Shown: piece by piece, positions 1 to 10,340 of the stretch
How positions within the stretch are numbered: the stretch's first letter is position 1
How the letters are laid out: each line of letters opens with the position of its first letter
Source of the DNA: Felis catus
Lineage: Eukaryota
DNA length: 64,000 nucleotides
Reading direction: 5' to 3'
NCBI RefSeq assembly: GCF_018350175.1
Contig: NC_058374.1
Location: 1,302,001 to 1,366,000, forward strand
Notes under the pieces: model-generated
The model's input: the letters and a program-made list of their open reading frames with translations, nothing else
What the model was told of the DNA's origin: nothing
Databases searched by the model: none
Translations under genes and position numbers: made by a program

Positions 1-696
1 CTTTAAGGGCAAGAGTAACTTCATGTTTGTTCAATGTTTGCACTTAGTGCAGACTGTCTGCAAAGACACTCAAATTGGCTGCCCGTTACAGCAGCTTCTA
101 TGAAGCTTCTTCCAATTGAGCAGGGCCTGCCTGGGCACCGTGGTCGGAAAGCCCTTGCAGTGCTTCCAACTGACAGGAGACAGATTTCAGAGCCAGGTAA
201 AGCAGCAAATTTGACCTGCCTCGTGCAGGTACCATACAAAAGTAAGAGAAAGCATAGGTTTTGAGTCTTCTATACTGTCCAAGTGCGGCCTTTCAGAAAT
301 GACGTTAAAATTCAACGGGCAGATGTCTACCCTGCACCAGTCAGGCGGTGTGAGGAAGGACAGAGGCCGCACAGGCTCAGGTGCACACACAAAACATCCA
401 CACACGGAAGGGGGGCTGCACCAAGCTGCGACTGATGGCCAGCAGCGCTGGGTTCAGTGCTGACAAGAGCTGACGCACAAACTCGGGCTTAAATACACTG
501 AACAGTAAACTGAGTCACGCTCTCCAGTTTGAAAATGGTTAAGCTGATGCTACAGTAACTCATATCCTCATACGAACATTCAAATGACTGCTCGTTGCTT
601 AAAAAAAAACAACAAACTCAGTGACAGTTAAAAGCAATCAAAACAAAACGCTAGCATTTCCCAGCACCATAATAAAAACTGCTAAAACATACTTAC

Positions 697-3651
697 TAAA
701 TGTCCGCCTCTATTCTGCCATCCCCAAATTGCAGCGTCTTCTGCCACTGGTAGCTGATATGGCTTCTCCATCCAGAACAAAGCGACCTCTAAGTCTGGCG
801 GCTTCCTGTGCAGACACTCATCAGGCATCTGTTCCTCTTCTAAAGCGTCTTTCCCAACTGCACGAGCCCACGGACAGGCCTCTGGATAGCTGGTGCAGCC
901 GTCAGCCAGTCCTCCGGAAAATGTCTGACTCGCAAACCCTCCCACTGGGTAACAGGTGAGTTCACTCGAAAACTGGGAGTACCATCCCTCTGGGAAGCCC
1001 TGCAACCCTCCTCTTGCGAGACTTCCAGGTATCGTCACGGCGTCTTCTGTGAGTGACAGAACGTGGTCCCCACAGTGTGGTGCCACCATTTCTGCACCGC
1101 CACCTGGGATGGCGGGAATGACCTGTAGCGCCTGGTGAGGAGGGTCTGTGGATCTGTCCACGTGGGCAGGATCAACACCGGTCACACAGGAATATCCCTC
1201 AAGAGTCTCACCTAACTCCATTTCTCCAAAAGTCACCTGAGGGCTTCCCACAAAAGCCACTCCGCTGCTAAATGCAGGGCCATCAAACGTGGGCTCGGCA
1301 CCTCTTAGCTGCAGACAAGGTGCGCGCATGCTTGTCCCGCGCCTGTCAAGGCTGCCCGTCTCCCCTCCCTTACCTGCTAGTGCTGGCCTGCTTGTCCCCG
1401 ACGTGCTGCCACCCGAGGTGTCAGAACCTTCCTCCACCAACTCTGAGAAACGCTGCTCCGGTCCTGGTCCCGCATTTTCACCGCTGTTAGCAGAGTCCTT
1501 CTCTTCAAGTACTTGTGACCTCTGCTCACCTGAACTTGAACTCTGGTGTAGTGGTGGCACAGGATCAAGAACTTCATGTCTGTGGTCCTTCACTCCGCAG
1601 GCTTCATCACTTGCTTCTCCGTGGCTGGTTCTAGCACCGGGGCGCTCTGTTCTGTCGGACCTACTATGAGCCCGTGTGTCCTGACTGGGTGCTGCCCTGC
1701 GTGCTGCTGTACTGGTGTCCCAGTTAAAGGTGGCTTTCCAGTCTGACTTTGCCTTTCCTCCGACGTTCTCACTGGTCTCTCTGAGACTGGCTTTCAGGGA
1801 CTCTCTGACGGCACCTGCTAATCTTTGCTGGTCACTCTCTGCACTCTTCACACACATTTCATCTTCTGTTTTAAAATTCCGGCCAGTTTCACTTTCTTCT
1901 TCAGTGCAGGCAAAAACAAACGCGGAGGAGACGGAGTTACTCTTAAGACATCTGGAGCCATCAAGAGCCTTCCCATCCGGGGGCACTTCCCGTGAGCTTC
2001 TGAGGGCCGGGGCACCCATTCTTTGGAATACTCGCTCCGTGTTTGTGTCGGGCGGTGCACCAGTTAAATCACAGATACGTGCTTCGGCCTTGCCAGGCTC
2101 GGGATCCACACGCGGGTCTACCGGATGTGAAGATCTCCGTTCAAAAGCCCTCTGTCCACAACCCTCATCTGCAAAAATGCTCATTTTATCCTTATCCCGA
2201 GAAGATGAACAACTCTCAATCTGCAAAGACAATTCTTTATCTGCAAGCTGCATGCTCCCACGTTTCAGGCTGCAGCCAGCCCATCGCTGCCTCTCGACCA
2301 TCGCTGGACCCGGGGAGTGTTCTGGTCCAGGATCACCAGGTCTCTCAGGGGCTACTTCCTGGAAACTGGCATGAACGGGAAGACACTCATTTCCGAAGCT
2401 CAGGGGAGGAAAACACCTGTGTGAACTTAGGTCAACCCTACCTAGACGTATGAAGAGACTGTCTGGTCTGCCAGCATCGGAGCTGAAGTAATCGTTGCCT
2501 TTTAGCAGTCTGACAGAATTATTTTCTCTTTCCTTTTCAGAGTTTACACCCCGACCTCCACGGGCTGCTACAGCCCCAGATCCCCCACTTCCTGCAAGCA
2601 AATCGGCATGTGAACCTCGTGTCGGACTCACTAGTTCCTGACTCCACTCCTCGCTCTCTTCGGGGATGGCGTGCACGCGTCCTAGCGAGCCAGTGTGCGT
2701 GTCACTACTAAACTCAGTGAGCACGCCCACTTGACATGAGGCGCTGCTCTCGGTGTAATTGTTAGGGAACCCGGGGCAAGCATGTGCCCTTAAAGACATG
2801 GTCAGAAGTTCACGACCAGGGCGAGTACTTCCCTTAAGGGCTTCCTTCATTCCCCCCGGACCCGGCAGGCCCCATGGGGCCAGCTCTCCCCGCGGTGCAT
2901 CTAACCGCCCTGGGCCCCGCACAGCTTTCTCTGGAGGCCGGGACCCCCCGCGAGTCCCCTCTGCGGGGACAGCTGACCAACCGTCTTCTACCGCAGCTGC
3001 TCCACATGCAGGGGCCCCTGGCTCAGCGGCAGCGTCCAGGCAGGCGGGATCTACGACACAAATGCTGTAAAACTCGCTCCCTCTCCAATCCCTGTGTGCC
3101 TTGTGACCGACACGCACACGGTCTTCGCCCTTCATCTCCCTACCTGCCCAGCGTGGACGGGCGGCACCACTGCCGATTTCAACGGCCACCACTCCTCTCC
3201 CCTCTGGCACCGGGTCGGGCTGGGGGGCTGGGGAAGGGCCCAGACGGCTCCGGTAGGAGGGCAGCAGGGCACCAAAAGGACACTCGTCCCCTTTGGAGCA
3301 AACACCTTCAGAGAAGCCCGGGTCGCTGACAGCGCCCGCACGGCGGGCATCCGAGACACCGTCCCGGCCCTGCTCGACAGCAACAGTTTCCGAATTCTTG
3401 TCACTCCTGCGTGAGCGTCCGCACCGAGTGCGGGGTGGGAACTCCGGGGAGGAAGCAGAGCCCGCTGAGCGCCCCCGCAGACCCCGCAGACCGGGCCCGT
3501 GGGGCTTCTCCCCTTCAAGGGCATCAAATAATGAGGACAGAGCTGTGCTCCTCTGGCTCTCCGGCTCCGCCTCCTCCACAGATTTCTGCAACAGGCCGGC
3601 TTTTTCCCCGTCATTGTCGCCACCGAGTTCCCTGCTGAAGCAACAACCCAT
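697..3651 (-). CDS. LARP4B: Giant alternative coding exon in LARP4B intron 3: 985-aa alternative N-terminus starting MGCCFSRE, predicted to splice in frame to exon 4
   Basis: The frame is open from 3813 to 682. ATG at 3651 is in strong Kozak context (GGACATGG). The donor TTA|GTAAGT at 697/696 is phase 0, matching the phase-0 end of exon 3. A candidate acceptor (tgttgtttgggttttag|) lies at 3858/3857. No interspersed repeat was seen inside. The link to LARP4B is inferred from strand, position and phase. Confidence 0.75.
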
Positions 3652-4229
3652 GTCCAAAAGCTCGCACGCTCGCATAACACGCCCGGCCTTCTCGCAGCCT
3701 CCACAGGCACGTCTCGGGGAACCTGCTCTGGTTTCCGCCGGAGGCCAACACCCAGATCCCAAAATAGCCCCTTGCACGACAGTCACATGCCCCTGCCACT
3801 CAAATCCAAAATCCTAAGTGTCACAGGCCCTGCCCAGCAGCCAGCCTCTTCCACGCACTAAAACCCAAACAACACATGGATTCCAAAGATTCAGACTCAG
3901 AAAAGCGACAAGTAATTTTCACATTATTTTTCCCATTCTCATAAACTCAATTAGAAAAATGCTATAATTGTTATACGAGCCAGAACAAGGCACTTCAGAC
4001 TCCTGCCTTTTCCAGTGTTTCCACATTCTCTGAATTCTGTATCAGGGGATGTGGCAGCCACAGAGGCTGGCATGCATGCTCCCCAAAGAGTGCTCTTTAG
4101 GGTGTACAGGCAGTAGAGTTGCACCTCATTCTCTGCCTCTGAGCCTGAGGTCTGTGGGCGTGGAGGAGATTCGCACAAGAGAGGCACAAGGTTGGAGCTG
4201 GAGCGGTGTCCTTAGGGATGCACGGTGAA

Positions 4230-4445
4230 AGACACATTGTCTCAGATTTGCTTTAAAACACCCCAGCAAGTAAAGAAACACATACCTACAATTTTTATAA
4301 AGCATGTGCGTGTGTGTGCGTGTGCATGTGTGTGTGGACAGAAGGAAGAGGTAGCAAAATGAGAGGGGGGAAACTGTTCAAGTTCACAATGGGCACACAT
4401 GGTTCACTTAATTATTCTTACTTGCACAGAGCTCTAAACATTCTC
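4230..4445 (+). mobile_element. Old L1 (L1MC/L1ME-like) 3' fragment
   Basis: Resembles an L1M 3' end (gatttgctttaaaa...ggttcacttaattattc). Confidence 0.45.
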
Positions 4446-4465
4446 CTTAAGAGAAAGGAAAGAGC

Positions 4466-4644
4466 GAGGCACCTGGGTGGCTCGATTAAGCGGCTGACTC
4501 CGGTTCAGGTCTTGATCTCCCAATTCACGAGTTTGAGCCTCGCATCAGGCTCTCTGCTGCTAGCGCAGAGCCTGCTTCAGATCCTCTGTCCCCTTCACAC
4601 ACGCTCGCTCTCTCTCAAGACTGAACATTTAAAAAAGAGAGAGG
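4466..4644 (+). mobile_element. Can-SINE (SINEC)
   Basis: tRNA-derived head gaggcacctgggtggctc. 15-bp TSD gagaaaggaaagagc (4451-4465 / 4645-4659). Confidence 0.9.
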
Positions 4645-4779
4645 GAGAAAGGAAAGAGCAAGAGAAAAAGAGGAAAAAAAGAAAACCAACACCCACCAGG
4701 CCAGGACCAGGACCAGGAAGTCCCTCAAAAGTTCCCACTCCTGATTGAGGTATCTGCCCAGGTGTGAAGCTGTTTGTGT

Positions 4780-4900
4780 CACTACACGTGTAAGCTTTGG
4801 CAAGTAATCTGATCTCGGCCTGTTTTCCCACTTGTAAAATGGGACCAAAAGCAATACCTATTTTAAAGAGCTGCCATGAAGACAGTAAGTAAAATACTCA
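4780..4900 (+). mobile_element. MIR fragment
   Basis: Core motif ggcaagt...ttcccacttgtaaaatggg. Confidence 0.55.
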
Positions 4901-5245
4901 GAACGGAACCCTAACAAATTCTGGCCCCAGCCCACTTCTACAATCTCCTCTTTCTCTACGATGCCATCCTCCTTACCTTCTCTCTCTCTTCCAGAGAACT
5001 CACCCAACCAACCCCAGCATGGCCCCCGTCTTTCCTCGAACCATCCATCACGTCTCCCACTCCTGTCTCCCAATCTCACCATCCTTCCTAAGGCCAGCCC
5101 TCCCAACTACGCAAGATGACCACTTCCCATCCCCACACGCTGGCCGCTCTTTATGCCTCTAAGAAAGCATTCTAACAGAAGTCTTGGTGCCTGTAACATC
5201 AGCTACTTCAAACCAGGGTCTGTGGTGGCTGATGCAACCACAAAA

Positions 5246-5354
5246 TTTTATTATTTTTTTTTTAAAGTAATCTCTACCTTCAATGTGGAGCTCGAACTCA
5301 CAACCCTGAGATTAAGTATCACATGTTCTACCAACTGAGCCTGCCAGGCGCCCC
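5246..5354 (-). mobile_element. Short-form Can-SINE
   Basis: T-rich tail, ctcgaactcacaaccctgagat body, ends ccaggcgcccc. Confidence 0.85.
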
Positions 5355-6025
5355 CTAATACATTCTTCTTATTTTTTAATATTACAAACACAAAATTTTA
5401 AAGATATGTTCACGTGTGCACATAAGGTTAGTAGCACAGTGGCACTGTGTGACAATACTTAAATTGACCTACTCTACCAGAAGGAGAGTTGGATTTAAAA
5501 TGTTACAAATTCATTCATGCCTGGTGACAGCCAAGTAACTCCAGGTATGCCTCAGACACAAATTGGCAAAAGCTATGGGAAAGTCGTTCGCACGGCATTC
5601 AGCAGCTCAGGCTGTGGTAAATTCAAAGGAACCCTGGGTAAGCAGACCACAAGTACCTGGTGAAGCAGCTTTAGTTCCAGCAAAACATCACTTGCCACAC
5701 TAAATGAACATCATAAATTTGCATTTTACTGGTTTGGGCAATCAAGTTTTATATTTGGTAAAAATTACATGCATTAAGAGTTTATCAGTAGTTCTATATA
5801 TTATTAGAAAAACAATTTAACAACAACCTAGAAAAAATTCTCATTCAAAAGGTTACAAAAAGTCAAGCAAAATGGTGAACTAAGAAGCTCAAAGCTTCTA
5901 AACTCCCCTACAGAAATATCAAGAAAACAACCAGAAGCTTCTAAACCAATTCTATAGGGAGCCCTGAAAAAGAATCACAGGTTTATGGCAACTAAGCAAA
6001 CACACAGCAAGAAAAAACTCTCCAT

Positions 6026-6087
6026 GGGGCGTCTGGGTGCTCAGTCGGTTAAACGTCCTACTCCGGATCTCAGGGTCATGAGTTCAA
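6026..6087 (+). mobile_element. Can-SINE 5' part running into an N gap
   Basis: ggggcgtctgggtgctcagtcggttaaac head. Confidence 0.85.
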
Positions 6088-6261
6088 NNNNNNNNNNNNN
6101 NNNNNNNNNNNNNNNNNNNNNNNNNNNNNNNNNNNNNNNNNNNNNNNNNNNNNNNNNNNNNNNNNNNNNNNNNNNNNNNNNNNNNNNNNNNNNNNNNNNN
6201 NNNNNNNNNNNNNNNNNNNNNNNNNNNNNNNNNNNNNNNNNNNNNNNNNNNNNNNNNNNNN
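6088..6261. other. Assembly gap (174 N)
   Basis: N run. Confidence 1.
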
Positions 6262-6966
6262 GTAGGCATTTCTGTGGCATGGTGTGGTCTTGGTCTAGGG
6301 GGCTCCCAGACCCCACCCCGCTGGAACTCTGCAGAGGGAACAGAGTAAAACCTTATCTGCAAATTAGTGTGTACATGTGTTCAATCCTAGCTGGAGTTTT
6401 CCCTGTCTCACATAACTCAGAACACAAATGGGAAGTGGCAGGCAATGCTCATAAAAGCTGTAAGGCAGCTTCAAAATCACACCCCCCTGGGGCAAGGGGT
6501 TACCGGTGGAGACACAGCCAGAAACCACGTGAAGCTCAAAAAGAATAGGGTGCAACTCTTTGGGAAATCAGGGCAATCAAAAGCAGCCATGTATATGGAA
6601 AATTCTGAAAGCCACATCCAGTCAAGACATACGCTCAAAAAAAGTCCTGAGAAGACCTTAGGCTTTCACCTCAGGTTGATCCCTAGTCTCCAACCAAGCT
6701 GAACTACTCAATGACGAACTGTCTCAGAAGAGAGGCAGTATGAAGACTGGGAAGGGTAACTGTACTCTCTCTTGTTTTGGAGGGGGAAGAAGGTGTCTGG
6801 TCTGTTTCAGTTCATGGTATTAAAGGAAATCTGTCAAAATATTAGCTGAACACAAGTCAAAGGAACAGAGACTTCAGCGAACACATATGAAAGGGAATAG
6901 TCTCTCCAAATTAGTTTGGAAAAGTCTCAAAACAATGAGACGTCATACACATTATAAATAAAATCA

Positions 6967-7095
6967 GGAGTGCCTGGGTGGCTCACTCAGTTAGGCGTTT
7001 GGCTTCAGCTCAGGTCATGATCTCCCAGTTCGTTGGTCTGGGCCCCACATCAGGCTCTGTGCTGATGCTCAGAGCCTAGAATCTGCTTTGGAATC

Positions 7096-7148
<53 letters not shown>

Positions 7149-7229
7149 GTGCGTGTGTGTGTGTGTGTGTGTGTGTCTCACCTGCTTGTGCTGTCTCTGT
7201 CTCTCAAAAATAAACATTTAAAAATAAAT
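6967..7229 (+). mobile_element. Can-SINE with expanded (TC)n/(GT)n tract
   Basis: SINEC head and tail, TSD aaataaaatca, internal (TC)n then (GT)n at ~7100-7175. Confidence 0.9.
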
Positions 7230-7389
7230 AAATAAAATCAAACACCCAATTCTGAGCAAGAACAACAAAAAATCACAAGGCATGCAAAGAAACAGGAAAA
7301 CATGGCTCATTCAAAGGAACAGAATTCACTGTCCCTGAGAAAGCTCAGACATGGGATTTATTCCACAAAGCCTTTAAAACAATCATCTT

Positions 7390-7812
7390 GGGGTGCCTGG
7401 GTGGCTCAGTTGGTTAAGTGTTGGACTTCAGCTCAGGTCATGATCTCAAAGTCAGTGAGTTCAAGCCCCACGTCGGGCGCTGTGGCTGACAGCTCAGAGC
7501 CTGGAGCCTGCTTTGTATTCTGTGCCTCCCTCTTTCTCTTTCTCAAAAATAACAAACATTAAAACATTTTTTTTCAAAAAAAAACAACAATCATCTTAAG
7601 GGCTCCTGGGTGGCTCAGTCAGTTGAGCATCTGATTCTTGATTTCGGCTCAGGCCATGATCCCAGGGTCCTAAGATCAAGCCCCATGTTGGGCTCCACAC
7701 TGCTCATGAAGCCTGCTGAAGATTCTTTCTTTCATCTCTCTCTGCCCCTCACCCACTCACACACACGAGCATGCTCTCCCACTCTCTAAATATTTAAAGC
7801 AAGCAAATAAAA
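7390..7812 (+). mobile_element. Two tandem Can-SINEs (7390-7585, 7599-7812)
   Basis: Two SINEC heads. The motif aatcatctt occurs at 7381, 7589 and 7817 (serial TSDs). Confidence 0.9.
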
Positions 7813-9349
7813 ACATAATCATCTTCAATATGCTCAAAGAGCTGAGGAAAAACACGGACAAGGAACTAAAGTTAACCAATAAAACAATATAGGAACAAAA
7901 CAGGAGTATCAACAGAGAGAGATTTATTAAAAAAAAAAAAAAGCAAACAGAAATATTCTGGAGCTTAACGGTACAATCACTGAACTGAAAAATTCACTAG
8001 AGGGGTTCAACAGCAGACTTGGCAGAATAATCAACAAATGTGAACAAGGGACAAACGGAATTATCTAAAGGAGCAAAAGAAAAAAGAGGAAATGAGTGGA
8101 GCCTAAAGGATTTATGAGACACCAACCAGAGGTCCAACACACGTACTGTGGGGGCCCCATGGTGGGGGCAGGAGAGGAAGGGCAAGAGAGCATTTGAAGG
8201 AACAGTGGCCAAAACTTCCCAAATTTGATGAAGTACAGGAATTTACAAATCCCAAATCTCAACAAACATAAAGCAGAATAAACCCAAAGAGACCCGTACC
8301 AAGACACATTACAATCACACTGTCAAAAAACAAAGAATTTTTAAAGCAGCAAGAAAAAACTCCTTGTCAAGTACAAGAGGTCCTCGATAAGAACGTTAGC
8401 CAATTTAGCACGAGAAACCTTGCAGGAAGAAAGGCAGTGGGTGATCAAGTGCGGACAGAAAACACTGTCCATTGAGAAGTCCTTATCCAGCAAAACTCCT
8501 CAAAACCGAAGAAGAAATTAAGACATTCCCAGATAAACAAAAGTTAAAGTAGTTTGTTCACAGCAGGTCTGCCCTGGAGGAAAAGGTAAAGGAGTCCTTC
8601 GGGCTGCAGTGAAAACACAGGACACAGGAACTGGAGATTCTAGAAGACGCAGAGCTCTCTGGTGAAGGAGAAACAAGAACAGGCAGAGAGCCAGGATCAC
8701 TGCCATTCTGCCTTACAGCTTCACTTTTTATTTTCTTCAGGATTAAAACTATCAATCGATATTGTTGGGCATAGTGACAAAGATGAAATGTGTGATACCA
8801 GTAACATAAGGGAGGGAGAGAACTTGACAGAAGTAGTTTCTGTGTGCTATTGAGGTTAAGGAGAAATCAATTTAAACTAGACAGTTGTAACTTTTGATGT
8901 TATATGTAATCCCTATGGTAAGCAGAAAGATATACAGATGATACATATAAAGGTAAGTTTGTAGAATAAATGACTAAACTGTCAATTATGCCATGTTGAT
9001 GCTAATGAAACTTTTCAATTTAAGTATGCCTTGCAAAGTATCAATGAAGTACGTTACACAGTTCATGTCCTTATGTGTCTTAAAACTCCCAAAACACATT
9101 AAAAAAAATTTTTTAATAACATGAAGAATAACTTCTTAAAATATAATCAAATACATAAGTAATACAGATGATTAGAAAAGGATGAATCAATGAAGAGAAA
9201 AGTTATAGCCAAGAATGCCCTTGTAGGACATAAAAACCATCAGGATAGGCAAAAATTATGGGGGGGGGGGGGGAGGACTGGATTTGACTCTATTACAAAC
9301 AATAATTTGGTTACTTTTCAACTATATACCCTTAATCCATATTTACACT

Positions 9350-9542
9350 ACTTTTTAAGTTTTTTCATTTATTTTTGAGAATAGGGGAGGATCATGAGAG
9401 GGGGAGAGAGAATCCCCATGAAGCGGACTCCATGCTCAGTGCACAGTCCAACTTGGGGCTCGATCTCATGAACCATGAGATCATGACCTGAGCTGAAATC
9501 AAGAGTTGGACACTCAACCAACTGAGCCACCTGAGCCTCCCC
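9350..9542 (-). mobile_element. Can-SINE
   Basis: Reverse SINEC, TSD ccatatttaca. Confidence 0.88.
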
Positions 9543-9619
9543 ATATTTACAATAGTTTTAACAGTCTTTTCTATATAATAAAGTTAGAAAATAAAACATC
9601 TATTTGTCTACTTCAAATT

Positions 9620-10080
9620 ACATCTCAGGCTCTAACCTCTCTGCTGAGGTCCACCTGGCCCCACCTGCCCACTTCACTGCTTGCTTTAATTTCTAACAAG
9701 AGGATTTGCTCTCCACAAACCTTTACGTCTCCAGTTTTTTCCATCTCAAAAAAAATGAAAATGCCATCCATCAAGTTGCTCAACGACCCCTGGTTTATCT
9801 TTTCCTCAGCCCAACCTCTACATCCAATCATCACTTGAACCCACTTCCAAAATAAATTTGAAATCCACTCGTTCCTAGTCTGACCCACCACCATCACTTA
9901 TAAGCTTTCATTCCTTAGTAGTTTATTTGCTTTTTTTGCTTCCATGCTTGACTCACTGCAACCCATAATATATAAAAATGTAATGAGGCCAAAATAACCT
10001 TCCTAAAAGGTAAATCACACTACTCCCCACCTAAAATCCTCCATTTTTATTCCAAGTAATTTCATCCACTCAGAAACAAT
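9620..10080 (+). mobile_element. L2 fragment
   Basis: L2-like CT-rich motifs (ccatccatcaagttgctcaa...catccaatc). Confidence 0.5.
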
Positions 10081-10184
10081 GCAAATTGTGCCACATGACA
10101 AAGAGATGGATTTTGTCTGGGGTATTATTTTCCATTTGTTTCTCTTTTTCAATGAGATAACAGATGCCAAAGAGGAAGTATCTT

Positions 10185-10340
10185 TGGATTTGGACTCTGA
10201 AGCCAGTTGCCTGGGTTCAAATCATGGTTCTGCCACACTGCAGTTGAGAAATCTTGAGGAAATGACTTAAGCCTCTTTGGGTCTCAGCTTCCTTTTGTCA
10301 AAGATCAATTTCTGATGCTCGCTGATTAGCTAGGGCTGTA
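10185..10340 (+). mobile_element. MIR
   Basis: ggactctgaagccagttgcctgggttcaaatc...ctcagcttcc core. Confidence 0.75.

Larger units (their letters stand above)
5870..8900 (+). mobile_element. Ancient L1 5'/ORF1 remnant, interrupted by four SINEs and an assembly gap
   Basis: Decayed ORF1-like coding (aaacttcccaaatttgatgaag...ataaacccaaagagacccgtaccaagacacattacaatcacactgtcaaaa, similar to NFPNL..INPKRSTPRHIIIKLSK). Confidence 0.75.

Noticed and set aside
1-696. LARP4B exon 4, or a poly(A) site making the giant ORF a standalone gene
   Set aside because: No VPATKVSELNPNA-coding sequence and no minus-strand AATAAA was seen here. Exon 4 must lie beyond the window edge, so the junction cannot be confirmed from this window.
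3586-3651. Idea that the giant ORF is a LAMTOR1 paralog or retrocopy
   Set aside because: Similarity is confined to the ~21-aa targeting motif. Nothing resembling the LAMTOR1 body follows.
3652-3786. ORF-track start at 3786 (MTVVQG...) for the 1034-aa protein
   Set aside because: That codon is GTG. The ATG at 3651 has strong Kozak context and exposes a lipidation motif. The last residues VSMF* are intronic read-through past the donor at 697.
621-3817. Plus-strand and alternate-frame ORFs of 100-219 aa overlapping the giant exon
   Set aside because: These are shadow ORFs of a GC-rich coding exon, with no splice signals or recognisable protein features.
5985-6548. ORFs spanning N runs (also 18733-19047 and 40553-41124)
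   Set aside because: They are artefacts of translating through assembly gaps, all of which fall inside SINE/L1 sequence.
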